A stretch of DNA of 64,000 nucleotides from the NCBI GenBank assembly GCA_963755915.1, contig CAVWLP010000002.1, positions 1,760,001 through 1,824,000 of the forward strand. The letters are read 5' to 3'. Of this stretch, positions 54,114 to 64,000 are shown piece by piece. Each line of letters starts with the position of its first letter. The first letter of the stretch is position 1. The DNA is from an uncultured Phycisphaerales bacterium (GTDB lineage Bacteria > Planctomycetota > Phycisphaerae > Tepidisphaerales > Tepidisphaeraceae). The notes under the pieces were generated by a model. The model searched no databases and had not been told where the DNA came from. It saw nothing but the letters and a program-made list of their open reading frames with translations. The translations under genes were made by a program, and so were the position numbers.

Positions 54114-54156
54114 ATCTATATATGGGTCCAAAGGGTGTACGTTTTGTACCTATTTT
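54114..54156 (-). promoter_or_regulatory. Second copy of the AT-rich motif seen at 20905
   Basis: Revcomp reads AAAATAGGTACAAAACGTACACCCTTTGGACCCATATATAGA. Confidence 0.4.
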
Positions 54157-54312
54157 TGAGAAATCGGGGAATTTTTTTTGTGCGATCGATGAAAATGGAA
54201 ATAATCTGACAGAGGAGGGATCGGGTCGATTCCGTATTTTTGGGGATGGGGTAAGATCGGGTCCGGCGGCGACGAGGTTTTTCCGGGGTGTTGCTTTGGC
54301 GAGGAGGCATAG

Positions 54313-54552
54313 ATGGAAGAATCGATTCCCCCGCAGCGCCCGGGGCACGCTCGGGTTATTGCATGGACGGTTGTGCTGATGCTCTGCTCGTTTGTGCTGG
54401 GGGTTTTCGTGGGGCTGCATCCGAACTGGATTCCGATTACGGTTCCGCTGCCGGCAGGGGAAAACGGGGTGATGCCGGACAATTCGGCGCCCGGGGTGGG
54501 GGGAATCGCAACGACGATGCCTGCGACCCGGGAAGCGGAGACACAACCCTGA
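54313..54552 (+). CDS. Small single-TM hypothetical protein
   Basis: GAGGAGG RBS, one TM helix, 79 aa. Confidence 0.7.
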   Translation: MEESIPPQRPGHARVIAWTVVLMLCSFVLGVFVGLHPNWIPITVPLPAGENGVMPDNSAPGVGGIATTMPATREAETQP

Positions 54553-54558
54553 TCGGGG

Positions 54559-55350
54559 TTAATCGACGTCCAAGTCGTCTGACTTCTGAAGGTAGGCGAA
54601 GAAGCACATTTGCTCGATGCCGTCGCCTTGGACTCCGCGTAGAGAAAAGAGCTTGAAGAACCAGGCCAGGTCGCTTTCCGCGGGTTCGGGGCCGGGGGCT
54701 GACCTGGGTCCGACGATCTCTTCGGCTGATACGCTCATGATGTAATCGGAAAGATAGGCGATGTTGATTTCGTCCGCGGACTGGGTGGAAAGGACGAAGC
54801 ATTTGAATTGCCGGATGGGGTCGCGGAGGTAACGCTCGGCCATCTTCACCTCGACTTCGTCGAGGGCGGCGAGATAGGCCTCTGTCTGCGGACCCTGTTT
54901 CCACTGGAGAGATTGGCGCTCGTCTTCGCGGAAGCCTTCGAGGGCGGCGTCGAAATGGGCCTGGAGGCGCTCGTAGAAGGCCTGGACTTCGTCGCCGGTG
55001 AGCCAGCGGAAAATCATTACCTCGCCGGGGCGGCGATGGATGTGGTAGTCGTTCGTCGAAATCTCTCGCGTTTTGGGAAGGTTCAGGAGTTCGGCGGCCT
55101 GCTGTGCGGAGGCGGGGGGGAGGATGGGACTTTCGGGGGTTTTGGATTTTTCGAGGATGGCCATGGTGCGCTGGGTTTGGCGGGCGAGTTCGGGGTCGAA
55201 GCCGGGGATGAGACGGGCGTCGAACTTGCGGGAGCCTTCGAATACCGCGGCGAGCTCGGTGTGCATGCGGAATTCTTCGGCTTTTTCGCGGGCGCGGAGT
55301 TTGGGGTCGGTGGAGTCTTCGGAGGGGGTTTCGGAGGGTTCGTCGAACAT
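54559..55350 (-). CDS. Hypothetical protein
   Basis: Well-formed 263-aa soluble ORF; no family recognised. Confidence 0.75.
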   Translation of the reverse strand: MFDEPSETPSEDSTDPKLRAREKAEEFRMHTELAAVFEGSRKFDARLIPGFDPELARQTQRTMAILEKSKTPESPILPPASAQQAAELLNLPKTREISTNDYHIHRRPGEVMIFRWLTGDEVQAFYERLQAHFDAALEGFREDERQSLQWKQGPQTEAYLAALDEVEVKMAERYLRDPIRQFKCFVLSTQSADEINIAYLSDYIMSVSAEEIVGPRSAPGPEPAESDLAWFFKLFSLRGVQGDGIEQMCFFAYLQKSDDLDVD

Positions 55351-55417
55351 GTCGGCTCGTGGGGCTTTCGATAATCTAGCGAACTTGAGCGGGGCTGCAA
55401 TTGCAATTCGAGGCTAA

Positions 55418-55450
55418 GCGCACCCCTGCGGGGTTGCGGCTAAACGGGAG
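55418..55450 (-). repeat. GTAG/TTAG-type REP-like hairpin
   Basis: GCGCACCCCTGCGGGGTTGCGGCTAAACGGGAG. Confidence 0.65.
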
Positions 55451-55505
55451 CGGGAGTGTCGCGATTGTGGCGGTCGATTTAGAATGAAGTTTGATTCAGC
55501 GGGTG

Positions 55506-55934
55506 TTACGTCGCCAGGCGGGAATGATAGAGCATGAAGTAGATGATGACCCCGGTTACCGAAACGTAGAGCCAGATCCAAAATGTGGGGCGGGCGATGC
55601 GCATGTGGTTGGCCCAGTCTCTTCGATAGGCGCGTAACAGCGTGAGATAAATCATCGGCAGCATGACGACCGCCAGAAGCAGGTGGGGGAAGAGAATTGC
55701 CAGGTAGGTGTAGCGCAGCCAGTGCGGGGCGTGGGTGGCTCGGGTAGAGCGCTCGCCGTACATGTAGTGGTACGTCAGGTAGCAGGCGAGGAAGGCGGTG
55801 GAGACGATTGCGGCGCTGACCATGGTGTAGGCGTGGGCGCGCCAGCGGCCGGTTTTGATGAAGAAAAATCCGAGGCAAAGGAGAAGGCAACTGATGCTGT
55901 TCAACGTGGCGTTGACAGCGGGGAGAGCGCTCAT
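55506..55934 (-). CDS. DUF420 domain membrane protein (cytochrome oxidase assembly associated)
   Basis: LPAVNATLN, FLACYLTYH, YLAIL.PH, H.RIAR.T..IWLYVSVTG. Confidence 0.9.
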   Translation of the reverse strand: MSALPAVNATLNSISCLLLCLGFFFIKTGRWRAHAYTMVSAAIVSTAFLACYLTYHYMYGERSTRATHAPHWLRYTYLAILFPHLLLAVVMLPMIYLTLLRAYRRDWANHMRIARPTFWIWLYVSVTGVIIYFMLYHSRLAT

Positions 55935-56632
55935 TTGGCAGCTCCATCGGGATGAGCGAGGAGCCAGTTGGCGTCGTGAATGAGGGCATCCATGCGGTCG
56001 GGGTTTTCTGAGTCGTAGAAATCGCGGATGCGGCCCTGGGCGTCGACGAGGACGAAGTGCCAATCATGCTGGATGGGATTGCCGCCCTGGGCGGGGATTA
56101 AGCCGAGCTTCATGGCGCGGATGATGTTTTCCTGTGTCTTTTCGTCGCCGGTGAGGAAAATCCAGCGGCCGGGTTGGGCGTGATATTTTTCGCCGTAGGC
56201 TTTCAGGACCGCGGGGGTGTCGTGAGTGGGATCGACGGAGAAGGAGACGAGCTTTATGTCGGCGGGCAACTGGGACTGAAGATCGGCCAGGTGAGAGGAC
56301 ATCATGGGGCAGACGGTGGCGCAGGAGGTGAAGAAGAAATCGGCGATCCAGGGATGGCCGAGGAGCTGGGAATTGGAGAATTGTTTTGCGTCCTGATCGG
56401 TGAGGGTGAAGGAGGGGGCGGCGAATTCGCCGGGCGGGGGGGCGTCGTCGGCGGATGTATCAGTGCCGTCGGAGGCGAGCTGGGCTGCGGTTGCGGATGG
56501 GGCGGCGGAAGCTGGGGAGCTGGCATCGGCATTGGAATTGTTGGGCATGGTTTTCATGGCGACGACGCCGACCATGCCGCCGACCGCGAGGATCCACAAA
56601 ACGATGGTGAGGATTTTCTGCGGTTTACTCAT
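55931..56632 (-). CDS. SCO1/SenC family copper chaperone
   Basis: FFFTSCATVCP, SVDP..DTP.VL..Y, conserved His, FVLVD. Confidence 0.94.
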   Translation of the reverse strand: MSKPQKILTIVLWILAVGGMVGVVAMKTMPNNSNADASSPASAAPSATAAQLASDGTDTSADDAPPPGEFAAPSFTLTDQDAKQFSNSQLLGHPWIADFFFTSCATVCPMMSSHLADLQSQLPADIKLVSFSVDPTHDTPAVLKAYGEKYHAQPGRWIFLTGDEKTQENIIRAMKLGLIPAQGGNPIQHDWHFVLVDAQGRIRDFYDSENPDRMDALIHDANWLLAHPDGAAK

Positions 56633-56638
56633 AGGCGA

Positions 56639-57451
56639 TTATTGCAAATCCGCGGCGACGCGCTGGCCGGCCATGAGGCTGGAGATGAAAAACATCGCCA
56701 GGGCGAAGGCGAGGCTGATTCCGAGGCAGATGGACCATGATGGCAGGCGAAGGTTTGCATCGCTGCTCCAGTATAGGGCCTTGCGGAGGGAGGAGACGCC
56801 GTAGGTGAGGGGATTGAGGCTCATGAGGAGGCGCATGGTTCCGTGGGCGCCGTCGGCGGGGAACATGGCTCCGGAGAGGAACCACATGGGGATCAAGAAG
56901 AGATTCATGATGACGTGAAAGCCCTGGGTGGAACTCATGCGCCAGGCGATGCAGAATCCCAGGCCGGAGAGGGCGAAGCTGACGATGAGCGTGACGCCGA
57001 CGGCGGCGGCGAAGGAAGCGGGATCGAGATGGATGCCTACGAGTGGGGCCAGCAGCAGAAACAAAATTCCCTGGGCGGTTGCCAGGAGGGTTCCGCCGAG
57101 CACTTTTCCGAGCACGATGGCCATTCGCGAGACGGGGGCCACGAGGACCGATTGCAAAAATCCTTCGCGGCGGTCTTCGATGACGGAGATTTCGGAAAAG
57201 ATGGCGGTGAAGAGGAGGATCATCACCAGGGTTCCGGGGAAGAAATATTCGATGAAGTTGCCGCCGCCGGGCATATCGGCGCGGAAGGATTTTCCCATTC
57301 CGGCCCCGATGACGATCCAGAAGAGGACGGGCGTGGCGAGGGCCCCGATGATTCGACTGCGCTGGCGGACGAAGCGAATCAGCTCGCGCCAGCAGAGTGA
57401 GACGGCGGGCAGCCACAATCGGGTCCAGAGTGAGGGGGGAATTTCATCCAT
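56639..57451 (-). CDS. ABC-2 type transporter permease
   Basis: WRE..RF.RQ.SR, IEDRREGFLQ..LVAP, FLSGA.FP, NPLTY. Confidence 0.92.
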   Translation of the reverse strand: MDEIPPSLWTRLWLPAVSLCWRELIRFVRQRSRIIGALATPVLFWIVIGAGMGKSFRADMPGGGNFIEYFFPGTLVMILLFTAIFSEISVIEDRREGFLQSVLVAPVSRMAIVLGKVLGGTLLATAQGILFLLLAPLVGIHLDPASFAAAVGVTLIVSFALSGLGFCIAWRMSSTQGFHVIMNLFLIPMWFLSGAMFPADGAHGTMRLLMSLNPLTYGVSSLRKALYWSSDANLRLPSWSICLGISLAFALAMFFISSLMAGQRVAADLQ

Positions 57452-57484
57452 GATTAATCTGGGAATAATGTGGGCAGGGGTATT

Positions 57485-58338
57485 CTATAGGGAATTGTCT
57501 TTGTCACCAATGGCCCGAAATGCCGCGGCCACTCTGTCGGAGTCGGGCGGGATTTTGAGCAAAATCGGTTTTGCAGTGCGGGGATGGTCGAATCCAAGCT
57601 CAACTGCGGCAAGCATTAGCCCCATTTCGCACGGCGTTCCGCCATATTGGCGATCTCCGAGGACGGGAAATCCAGCTTCGGAGAGATGGGCGCGAATCTG
57701 ATGCTTTCGGCCGGTTTCGAGTCGAATCTGTAGCAGGGCAAATTTTCCATGGCGTTTTTCGACGCGGAAATGGGTCACGGCTTTTTGGCCACGTCCGGGA
57801 ATGTTGGTGGAGTGGACGGAGCCATCGGCGCGTTCGACGAGAAATGAATCGATTCTGCGGTGATCGCGCGGAGGGGGGAAGCAATCGCGTGATAGACCCG
57901 CGTGACGGAGTGCTGGACGAATTGGGCTTTCAGGGAGCTTAGGGCGCGGCTGTTTTTCGCGAAGACCAGGAGGCCGGAGGCATCGCGGTCGAGGCGATGG
58001 ACCAGACCCGCGCGCGCCGCCGGGTCTGTTTGCTGCACGTACTCGCGTACGGCGGCGAAAGCGGTGGGGCGGGTTTCGCGGGCGTTGGTGCTGGTGAGGA
58101 TTCCGGCGGGCTTGTCGATGACCAGGAGGTCGCGATCTTCAAAGGCGATCGGAAATGGCAGCCGGGCGGAAAGTTTTTCGGGCGGGCGAACGAGCACCCG
58201 GTCGTCGTCGGCGATATTTTGGTCGGCTCTTGTGGCGCGGGTTCCGTTCACGAGGACGCGGCCGTCCTGGACCATTCGCCGCAGGGTTTGCTGTTTGGCG
58301 GTGGGAAATTCTTTTCGAAGGCGATCGAGGAGTTTCAT
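57485..58338 (-). CDS. RluA-family pseudouridine synthase (frameshifted)
   Basis: S4-like start, VIDKPAG, VHRLDRDASG, LETGRKHQIR, PVLGDRQYG. Confidence 0.93.
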
Positions 58339-59597
58339 AGCATGGGCGTGGCGCGGTCGAGAAATCGCCTTACCTGGTTGGCGACGGCGGAATCGTCGGC
58401 GGCCTGCTCGTCGGTTTCGGCGGTGCGGCGATCGAGCCAGAGAAAGCTCTTGGGGGCGCTGGCGGCTTCGTAAAGGTCTTGACCTGAGTCGAAGGTGATG
58501 ACGGGATCATCGCGGCAGTGGATGAAAAGGATGGGGCGGGGGGCGACGTCGGCGGCATCGTGGGCGGGGGAAAAGTCGTAGAGATCGCAGCCGGTTTGGA
58601 GGCAGACCAGGCCCAGGGCGATGGGGACGAGGGGATATTCGAGAGGCGGGCGAAAGGAGAAGCTGACGGCAGATGCGGCGAGGCGGCTGAAGCGGTCGTA
58701 GCAGCCGAAGACCGCGAGGGCATCGAGTGCGCGGCCTTCGCGGGAGTGATCGGCGGCGGCGGCGAGGAGGGCTGCGCCGCCGGTGTCGACGCCGACGGCA
58801 ACGATGCGGCGCGATTCCTGGGGATGATTTTGGCGCAGCCAGCGGACGGCGCCGAGTACGTCACAGCGTTCGCGGTCGCCGAAGGAATCGATCTGGCCTT
58901 CGCTGTCGCCCTGGCCGCGGAAATCGAAGCTGAGGACGTTGTATCCGCGGCCGAGGAATTGTCCGGCGAGGGAGATGTAGCTTCCCTTTCCGCCGCGTGC
59001 TCCGGGGCAGATGAGGAGCGTTTGCTTTCCCCAGGTGGCGCCGGTGCTGTCGTCGGGCTCCGGGGCGGGGGTCCAGAGGGCGGCGAGGCGGAGGCCGTCG
59101 GTGGAATTGAAGAAGACGGTTCGGGCACCGGCGTCGAACCAGGGGGACTCGTTTCTCTGGATGGCCCGGGGGCGATAGGTGGCCGCGGCGACCATCATGT
59201 AGGGCAAACCGATCAGAAACAGGAGAACGACGCGGAGGGTTTGGGCGGCGGATCGGCGCTGGCGGCGTCGCCAGGATCCTTTTCCGGCGGCGAATATGAG
59301 GCGGCCGAGGCGTTCGCAGGCCATGTCGAGGAGTTTCAGGATGCAGATCAGTCCAGCGGCCCAGTAGCAGAGGATCAGGGTTTGCAGGGGTGGGACGATT
59401 CCATCGAGCCAGAGGTCGTAGACGATGGAGGCGGCGATTCCGAGCATGAGGGAGCCGGCGATGGCGACGGTGGCGCTGGGCCAGACGCGGGCGGCGGGGA
59501 TGCCTTTGTGCCAGGCGGAAGCGAAGAGGGCGAGGAGCATCAGCGGCGGCAGGAGGAAGTATGCCGTCATGAGGAGGATGTGGGCGAATTGGAGCAT
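58335..59597 (-). CDS. Membrane-anchored alpha/beta-hydrolase-fold protein
   Basis: Four TM helices, then DGLRL, FDFRGQGDSEG, GVDTGGA, PILFIH..DD. Confidence 0.82.
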   Translation of the reverse strand: MLQFAHILLMTAYFLLPPLMLLALFASAWHKGIPAARVWPSATVAIAGSLMLGIAASIVYDLWLDGIVPPLQTLILCYWAAGLICILKLLDMACERLGRLIFAAGKGSWRRRQRRSAAQTLRVVLLFLIGLPYMMVAAATYRPRAIQRNESPWFDAGARTVFFNSTDGLRLAALWTPAPEPDDSTGATWGKQTLLICPGARGGKGSYISLAGQFLGRGYNVLSFDFRGQGDSEGQIDSFGDRERCDVLGAVRWLRQNHPQESRRIVAVGVDTGGAALLAAAADHSREGRALDALAVFGCYDRFSRLAASAVSFSFRPPLEYPLVPIALGLVCLQTGCDLYDFSPAHDAADVAPRPILFIHCRDDPVITFDSGQDLYEAASAPKSFLWLDRRTAETDEQAADDSAVANQVRRFLDRATPML

Positions 59598-59639
59598 GGG
59601 TGAGGTGGGGGCATTGTATCAATAGATGCGCGGGGGGGC

Positions 59640-59674
59640 GCGCCCCGCAAGCGGGGCCGCTAAACGGGGGAGGG
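59640..59674 (-). repeat. GTAG/TTAG-type REP-like hairpin
   Basis: Revcomp CCCTCCCCCGTTTAGCGGCCCCGCTTGCGGGGCGC, close to 14346-14380. Confidence 0.75.
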
Positions 59675-60448
59675 GTTTGGGGGCGGGAGGATTCGTTTGC
59701 AACGGCGGTAGAAGAGGATCAGGACGACGGGGCCCAGGGCGATGAACATCACCGAGACGCCGATGCAGATGGCGGTTCCGGTGGCGATGGTGGCGCAGCA
59801 TTCGTTTCGGCGGCGGACGATGATGTGGGAGGGGACGGCGACGAGAAGCTCGAGGAGGCTTCCGGCGAGAACCCGGCGGTGCAGGGTTGCGGCAAGAGGG
59901 CCGGGGTCGCGGCGAAAAGCGATCAGCCCGAAGAGGATTGACCATCCGGCCCAGACGGCGAGGGAGGCAATCAGGACCGGCCACTGCATCCAATTCCCAA
60001 ATTTGAATAGTTCCCAGAGAGCTAGCCCGGCGCCGAAAACCAGGACACCGAGCAGAAATCCAGAGCCAATGATGGGAATCCAAATCGAACGGCGCGAAAT
60101 AGGCCGGCGGCGATTGGCTTTCACCGGCACGATCACCAGCGTCAGTCCGCTGACGATGAGTGCGCTGACGTAGATGGCGACGAAGCACCAGGTGTTGTCG
60201 TTGGGATCGGACTTGTTTTCCCAGTAGACGAAGGCGGGGAAGAGGAGCAATCCAATGAGTAAAAGGAGGTAGACGCCGACTAGGGCGAGGACCCAGGCGG
60301 GGCGTCGAAACGGTTGGGAGAATTCCGGGGGTTCGTATCGGAGAGGTGGAGAGGCGCCTGCGGGGTCGGGCGAGCGCATGGGATCAGGATACTTCGCGGA
60401 GTCTTGTTTGTCTTGCGCGGGGAAGATTGGGACGCGCTTAGGGTGCAA
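59660..60448 (-). CDS. Hypothetical membrane protein (start uncertain)
   Basis: About six TM helices; GSLLELLVAVPSHIIVRRRNECCA. Confidence 0.75.
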   Translation of the reverse strand: MHPKRVPIFPAQDKQDSAKYPDPMRSPDPAGASPPLRYEPPEFSQPFRRPAWVLALVGVYLLLLIGLLLFPAFVYWENKSDPNDNTWCFVAIYVSALIVSGLTLVIVPVKANRRRPISRRSIWIPIIGSGFLLGVLVFGAGLALWELFKFGNWMQWPVLIASLAVWAGWSILFGLIAFRRDPGPLAATLHRRVLAGSLLELLVAVPSHIIVRRRNECCATIATGTAICIGVSVMFIALGPVVLILFYRRCKRILPPPNPSPV

Positions 60449-60475
60449 TGCAGAATGCTAAGCACAGAGAAATAA

Positions 60476-60520
60476 ACCCCCTCCCTAGCCCTCCCCCGGA
60501 GTACCGGGGGCGGGGAAAAG
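60476..60520 (-). repeat. REP-like unit (same family as the valS insertion)
   Basis: ACCCCCTCCCTAGCCCTCCCCCGGAGTACCGGGGGCGGGGAAAAG. Confidence 0.85.
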
Positions 60521-60558
60521 AAGGGTGCGCGGGCTTTAAAGAGTGTTGAACGCGGCGT

Positions 60559-61995
60559 TCAGGCAACCGCGGGTTCGTGGGATTCTTCGGTGTCGCGGGC
60601 GAGGGTTTGCGGAAATTCGCAGGTGACGGTGGTGCCCGACCCGACGACCGATTGGAGTTGGATGGTTCCGCCGAGGGCGTGGACGGCGTGTTTGACGATG
60701 GCGAGTCCGAGGCCGGTGCCGCGGCCGGCGCTGCCGCTGCGGGCGGAATCGACCTGGTAGAAGCGTTCGAAGACGCGTTCGACGTGTTCGGGGGCGATGC
60801 CGATGCCGGTGTCGGCGACTGTGACCGTCACGTTTCCCGACGGCGCCTGGCTGACGGAGACGGTGACTCGTCCCCCCGCCTGGGTGAATTTTATGCTGTT
60901 TTCGACGAGATTTTTGAGGATGAGGTAGACGAGGCGGGTGTCGGTGCTGAACTCGGCGGGGGTGCCGGAGTCGGCGTCGCCGAGGCGAAGCTCGACGCCC
61001 TTCTGGCGGGCGACGGTGCCCATGGTGGAGCGAACGCCGGCGAAGAGCTCGGAGGTTTTGATGGACATAATGCGGGGTTTGAGGTCGGCGGATTCGACGC
61101 GGGAAAGATCGAGGAGGTCGCGAAGCATTTCCTCGAGGCGGCGGAGGTGGCCGTCGATCACGGCGATGCAGCGGTCGGATTGGACGGGATCTTCGCGGTA
61201 GACATCCCGGAGGGTTTCGAAGGCGATTTTGATGGCGGCGATGGGGGTGCGTAATTCGTGGCTGGCATTGGCGACGAAATCGGTTTTCATCTGGACGGCG
61301 CCGGCGAGGCTGCTGACGTCGCGAAGGACCAGCAGGGCTCCGCCGCCTGGGGCGCGGGTGGCGACGGCCTGGTAAATGAATCGCTGGGCGTTGCGGGCCA
61401 GGCGGATTTCGCGGTTGAGGATGGTGGGGGGGCCGGTGGCCTTGGCGCCGCCTGCGGTGACGAGCGCTTCGTAAAGCTCAACAATGTGCTCATCGCTGAC
61501 GACGTTAACGAGCTGCTGGCCGAGCGCCTGCTGCGGCTGGAGGGAAAGGAGGCGTGCCGCGGGAAGATTGATGAGGGTGATACGTCCACGCGAGTCGGCG
61601 GCGAGGATGGGGTCGGGAAGTGTATCGACGAGGGCCTGCAATCCACCGCGCTGGGTTTTGAGATCGGAGAGTTGCTTATAGGCGTGGATCGCGAGTTGGT
61701 TGAGGTTTTCGGCCATGCGTTGGACGCCGGGGGTTCCGCTGGGCTGTACGCGGACTTCCCAGTCGCCGCGGGCCATCCGCTCGGCGGCACTCTCCATGTG
61801 ACGGATGGGCAAAAGCCAACCGTAGCGGTGGCTGAGCGCGCTGATGGACAAAAGGATGAACGCGGCGGCGGCGGCATAGAAAACGATCATGGAGGTGGAG
61901 GGACGGTTTTGCGAAGCCGCGACGATGGCCGCCGCGATCAGGGCGGTCGTACCAGCGAAAACCAGTGCGAGGCGCAGGAGACGGGTGCTCCACAT
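60559..61995 (-). CDS. PhoR-like HAMP-PAS sensor histidine kinase
   Basis: DFVANASHELRTP H-box, NLVENSIKF, DTGIG, FERFY, GTGLGLAIVKH. Confidence 0.93.
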   Translation of the reverse strand: MWSTRLLRLALVFAGTTALIAAAIVAASQNRPSTSMIVFYAAAAAFILLSISALSHRYGWLLPIRHMESAAERMARGDWEVRVQPSGTPGVQRMAENLNQLAIHAYKQLSDLKTQRGGLQALVDTLPDPILAADSRGRITLINLPAARLLSLQPQQALGQQLVNVVSDEHIVELYEALVTAGGAKATGPPTILNREIRLARNAQRFIYQAVATRAPGGGALLVLRDVSSLAGAVQMKTDFVANASHELRTPIAAIKIAFETLRDVYREDPVQSDRCIAVIDGHLRRLEEMLRDLLDLSRVESADLKPRIMSIKTSELFAGVRSTMGTVARQKGVELRLGDADSGTPAEFSTDTRLVYLILKNLVENSIKFTQAGGRVTVSVSQAPSGNVTVTVADTGIGIAPEHVERVFERFYQVDSARSGSAGRGTGLGLAIVKHAVHALGGTIQLQSVVGSGTTVTCEFPQTLARDTEESHEPAVA

Positions 61996-62263
61996 GAATG
62001 GGGAATTATCAGACGTCCTGAGGCGGTTGCAAGGGTAAAAGAGGGGAGTTGGGGCGGGAGGGTGGCGGTTAATGGCTTACTATCAATGCCTTAGCCTGCC
62101 GCAAATTCTCAAATCAAAAACTCATTCGTGAAATGGTTCGTGATAGGCAATTTTTGACGGCGCGGTAAAAACGACACAGAGGTTGGAAAATGCGACCGAA
62201 AACGCTTTGGGCGTCAAATCGGGCATAGGGTGCAACTCAAATCAGGTCTTACGGAGGCGAATT

Positions 62264-63262
62264 ATGCGGCGGAAAATCGGCAGAAATCTGGCCCTGGTTG
62301 TCGGCACGGCTGTCGGAATGGGTGCGACGGCGCTGGCGTCGCCGATCGAGACGTTTGTCTCGCTGAATGGGAACACGAATGCGACGGCGGATTCGATCAA
62401 GACGTATGCCCCGCCGGCGGGGTATGCGTACAGCGCGGCGGCCCCGATCGCTGTCACTGGGTCGGGGCAGGGCGATACGTGGAACAATATTCGGCCGACG
62501 TCAACGCTGGCCGCGGGGGCGACTTCGGCGACGATACCCGGCGATGGAAGCATCACACTGGATGATGCGTTTGGGAATATGCTGACCGGGGTGGTTTTGA
62601 GCCTGAGCGTTACGGATACGGCGGTGGGGGGAACGACACATGCTTATCCGGCTACGGCGGCGGGCGATAACCTTGCCCAGCCGGGCGGGGTGATGTCGAC
62701 GGCCTGGCGCGATTACAACAACGGGGGTGGATCGGGAGCGGCAATATCAGCGACGGCTTATTACACGGCCTCGATCACGGGTCTGGCCGATTCAACGGTT
62801 TACGATATCTATTTTTACATGGGGACGACGACGAGCGGTCAGGGAGGCGTGGCCCAATTGGCGGCTGTAAATCAGGATGGATCGAACCCCACACTACTGC
62901 AACTGAACGATACGCAAACAGCGACGGTCTATAACACTTCCTTGTCGGCGAACGTGACGGAAACGGGAAGCATTTTCGACGATGGGGGGACAAACAATGG
63001 GACCGACTATTCGCTGGTGTCCGGCGGACCTGGAACCGCGGCGGACAATGCGAACTCGGACTGGGGCGTGCTGGTTGCCGAAACGGACGGCTCGGGCAAC
63101 CTGACGTTTAATTTTGGAGGAACGGGTCCGAACGCGTATTTCAACGGGTTCCAGATTGTGGATGCGACGCTGGTTCCTGAGCCGGCGACCGGGGCACTGG
63201 TGGTGCTGGCGGGCATGGGCATCGGCAACATTCGATTTCGACGCAGGGGGATGAAAGTGTAG
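62264..63262 (+). CDS. PEP-CTERM sorting domain protein
   Basis: GGAGG RBS, signal peptide, NGFQIV..VPEPAT-TM-RFRRR. Confidence 0.92.
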   Translation: MRRKIGRNLALVVGTAVGMGATALASPIETFVSLNGNTNATADSIKTYAPPAGYAYSAAAPIAVTGSGQGDTWNNIRPTSTLAAGATSATIPGDGSITLDDAFGNMLTGVVLSLSVTDTAVGGTTHAYPATAAGDNLAQPGGVMSTAWRDYNNGGGSGAAISATAYYTASITGLADSTVYDIYFYMGTTTSGQGGVAQLAAVNQDGSNPTLLQLNDTQTATVYNTSLSANVTETGSIFDDGGTNNGTDYSLVSGGPGTAADNANSDWGVLVAETDGSGNLTFNFGGTGPNAYFNGFQIVDATLVPEPATGALVVLAGMGIGNIRFRRRGMKV

Positions 63263-63310
63263 AGCGAGGTTCTGAGCAAGCGCCTCACGCATCTCCTTCT
63301 TTCGAAAATA

Positions 63311-63340
63311 AAAAACCCATGGCAATGCCATGGGTTTTTT
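63311..63340. terminator. Bidirectional intrinsic terminator
   Basis: AAAAACCCATGGCA-A-TGCCATGGGTTTTTT between convergent genes. Confidence 0.85.
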
Positions 63341-63360
63341 ACTGAGTCAGGCTGTGGGTC

Positions 63361-64000
63361 TTACTCCTTTACTTCGTACTCCGCGTCAATCACATCCTCA
63401 TCCTTCTTGGCTCCGTCCGTGGTTGTTCCGCGGTTGGTGCTGGCTTCGGGAGCGGGGCCTGCGCCCGGCGCGCCTGGGCGGCGGTGGCCTTGTAGACCTC
63501 TTCGCCGAGCTTGAGGCTTGCCTGCTGAAGGGTTTCCATGGTCTTTTTGATGCGTTCGCCGTCGTCGCTCTTGATGGCGTCCTTGAGGTTATTGAGGCCG
63601 CTTTCGATGTTTCCGCGAATGTCGGCGGAAACCTTGTCGCCGTGCTCGCGGAGCGATTTTTCGGTCTCGTAGGCGAAGGCCTCGGCGCGGTTTTTCACGT
63701 CGATGACCTCGCGGCGTTTTTTGTCCTCGGCGGCGTGCTGCTCGGCGTCGCGCTTCATCTTTTCGATTTCTTCCTTGCTCAGGCCGCCGGCGTTCTGGAC
63801 GGTGATCTTGTTTTCCTTGCTGGTGGCCTTGTCCTTGGCGGAGACGGAAAGGATGCCGTTCACGTCGATGTTGAAGGTCACTTCGATCTGCGGCACGCCG
63901 CGCGGGGCGGGGGCAATGCCTTCGAGGTTGAACGTTCCGAGCAGGCGGTTGTCGCGGGCGAACTCGCGCTCGCCCTGGAGGACGTTGATCGTGACGGCGT
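63361..64000 (-). CDS. dnaK: Chaperone DnaK, C-terminal part (truncated by window end; 3' indel)
   Basis: [27 protein letters not shown]; ends [10 protein letters not shown]. Confidence 0.96.

Overview
A 64-kb GC-rich bacterial chromosome segment, most likely from a planctomycete (Phycisphaerae-like). The lineage call is an inference from an LEDRLL-type (LEPRxLL) secretion motif, PEP-CTERM proteins and CxxC..VP..AG..CxxC zinc ribbons. Most of it is housekeeping backbone (nuoN end, valS, trpG/pabA, atpD, lnt, metG, dnaE, nadE, SCO/DUF420, RluA-type synthase, PhoR-like kinase, dnaK end). Many single-base frameshifts fall in essential genes and look like sequencing indels. Main points of interest: (1) a four-gene ubiquitin-like conjugation cluster at 40.5-44.5 kb (ThiF/E1, membrane-anchored JAB/MPN+ peptidase, FHA + Zn-ribbon + prokaryotic RING + TM protein, Zn-ribbon + UBC/E2), with no ubiquitin-like modifier gene visible in the window; (2) a lower-GC island at 10.7-13.5 kb with a DNA methyltransferase apparently fused to a GIY-YIG nuclease, followed by a paralogous stand-alone GIY-YIG protein; (3) three IS elements with readable ends (IS3, IS4, IS110/IS1111-type, the last with identifiable bridge-RNA guides); (4) several palindromic REP-like repeat families, one pair translated in frame inside valS; (5) a strong C-rich to G-rich switch in strand skew. 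No tRNA, rRNA or CRISPR array was seen.
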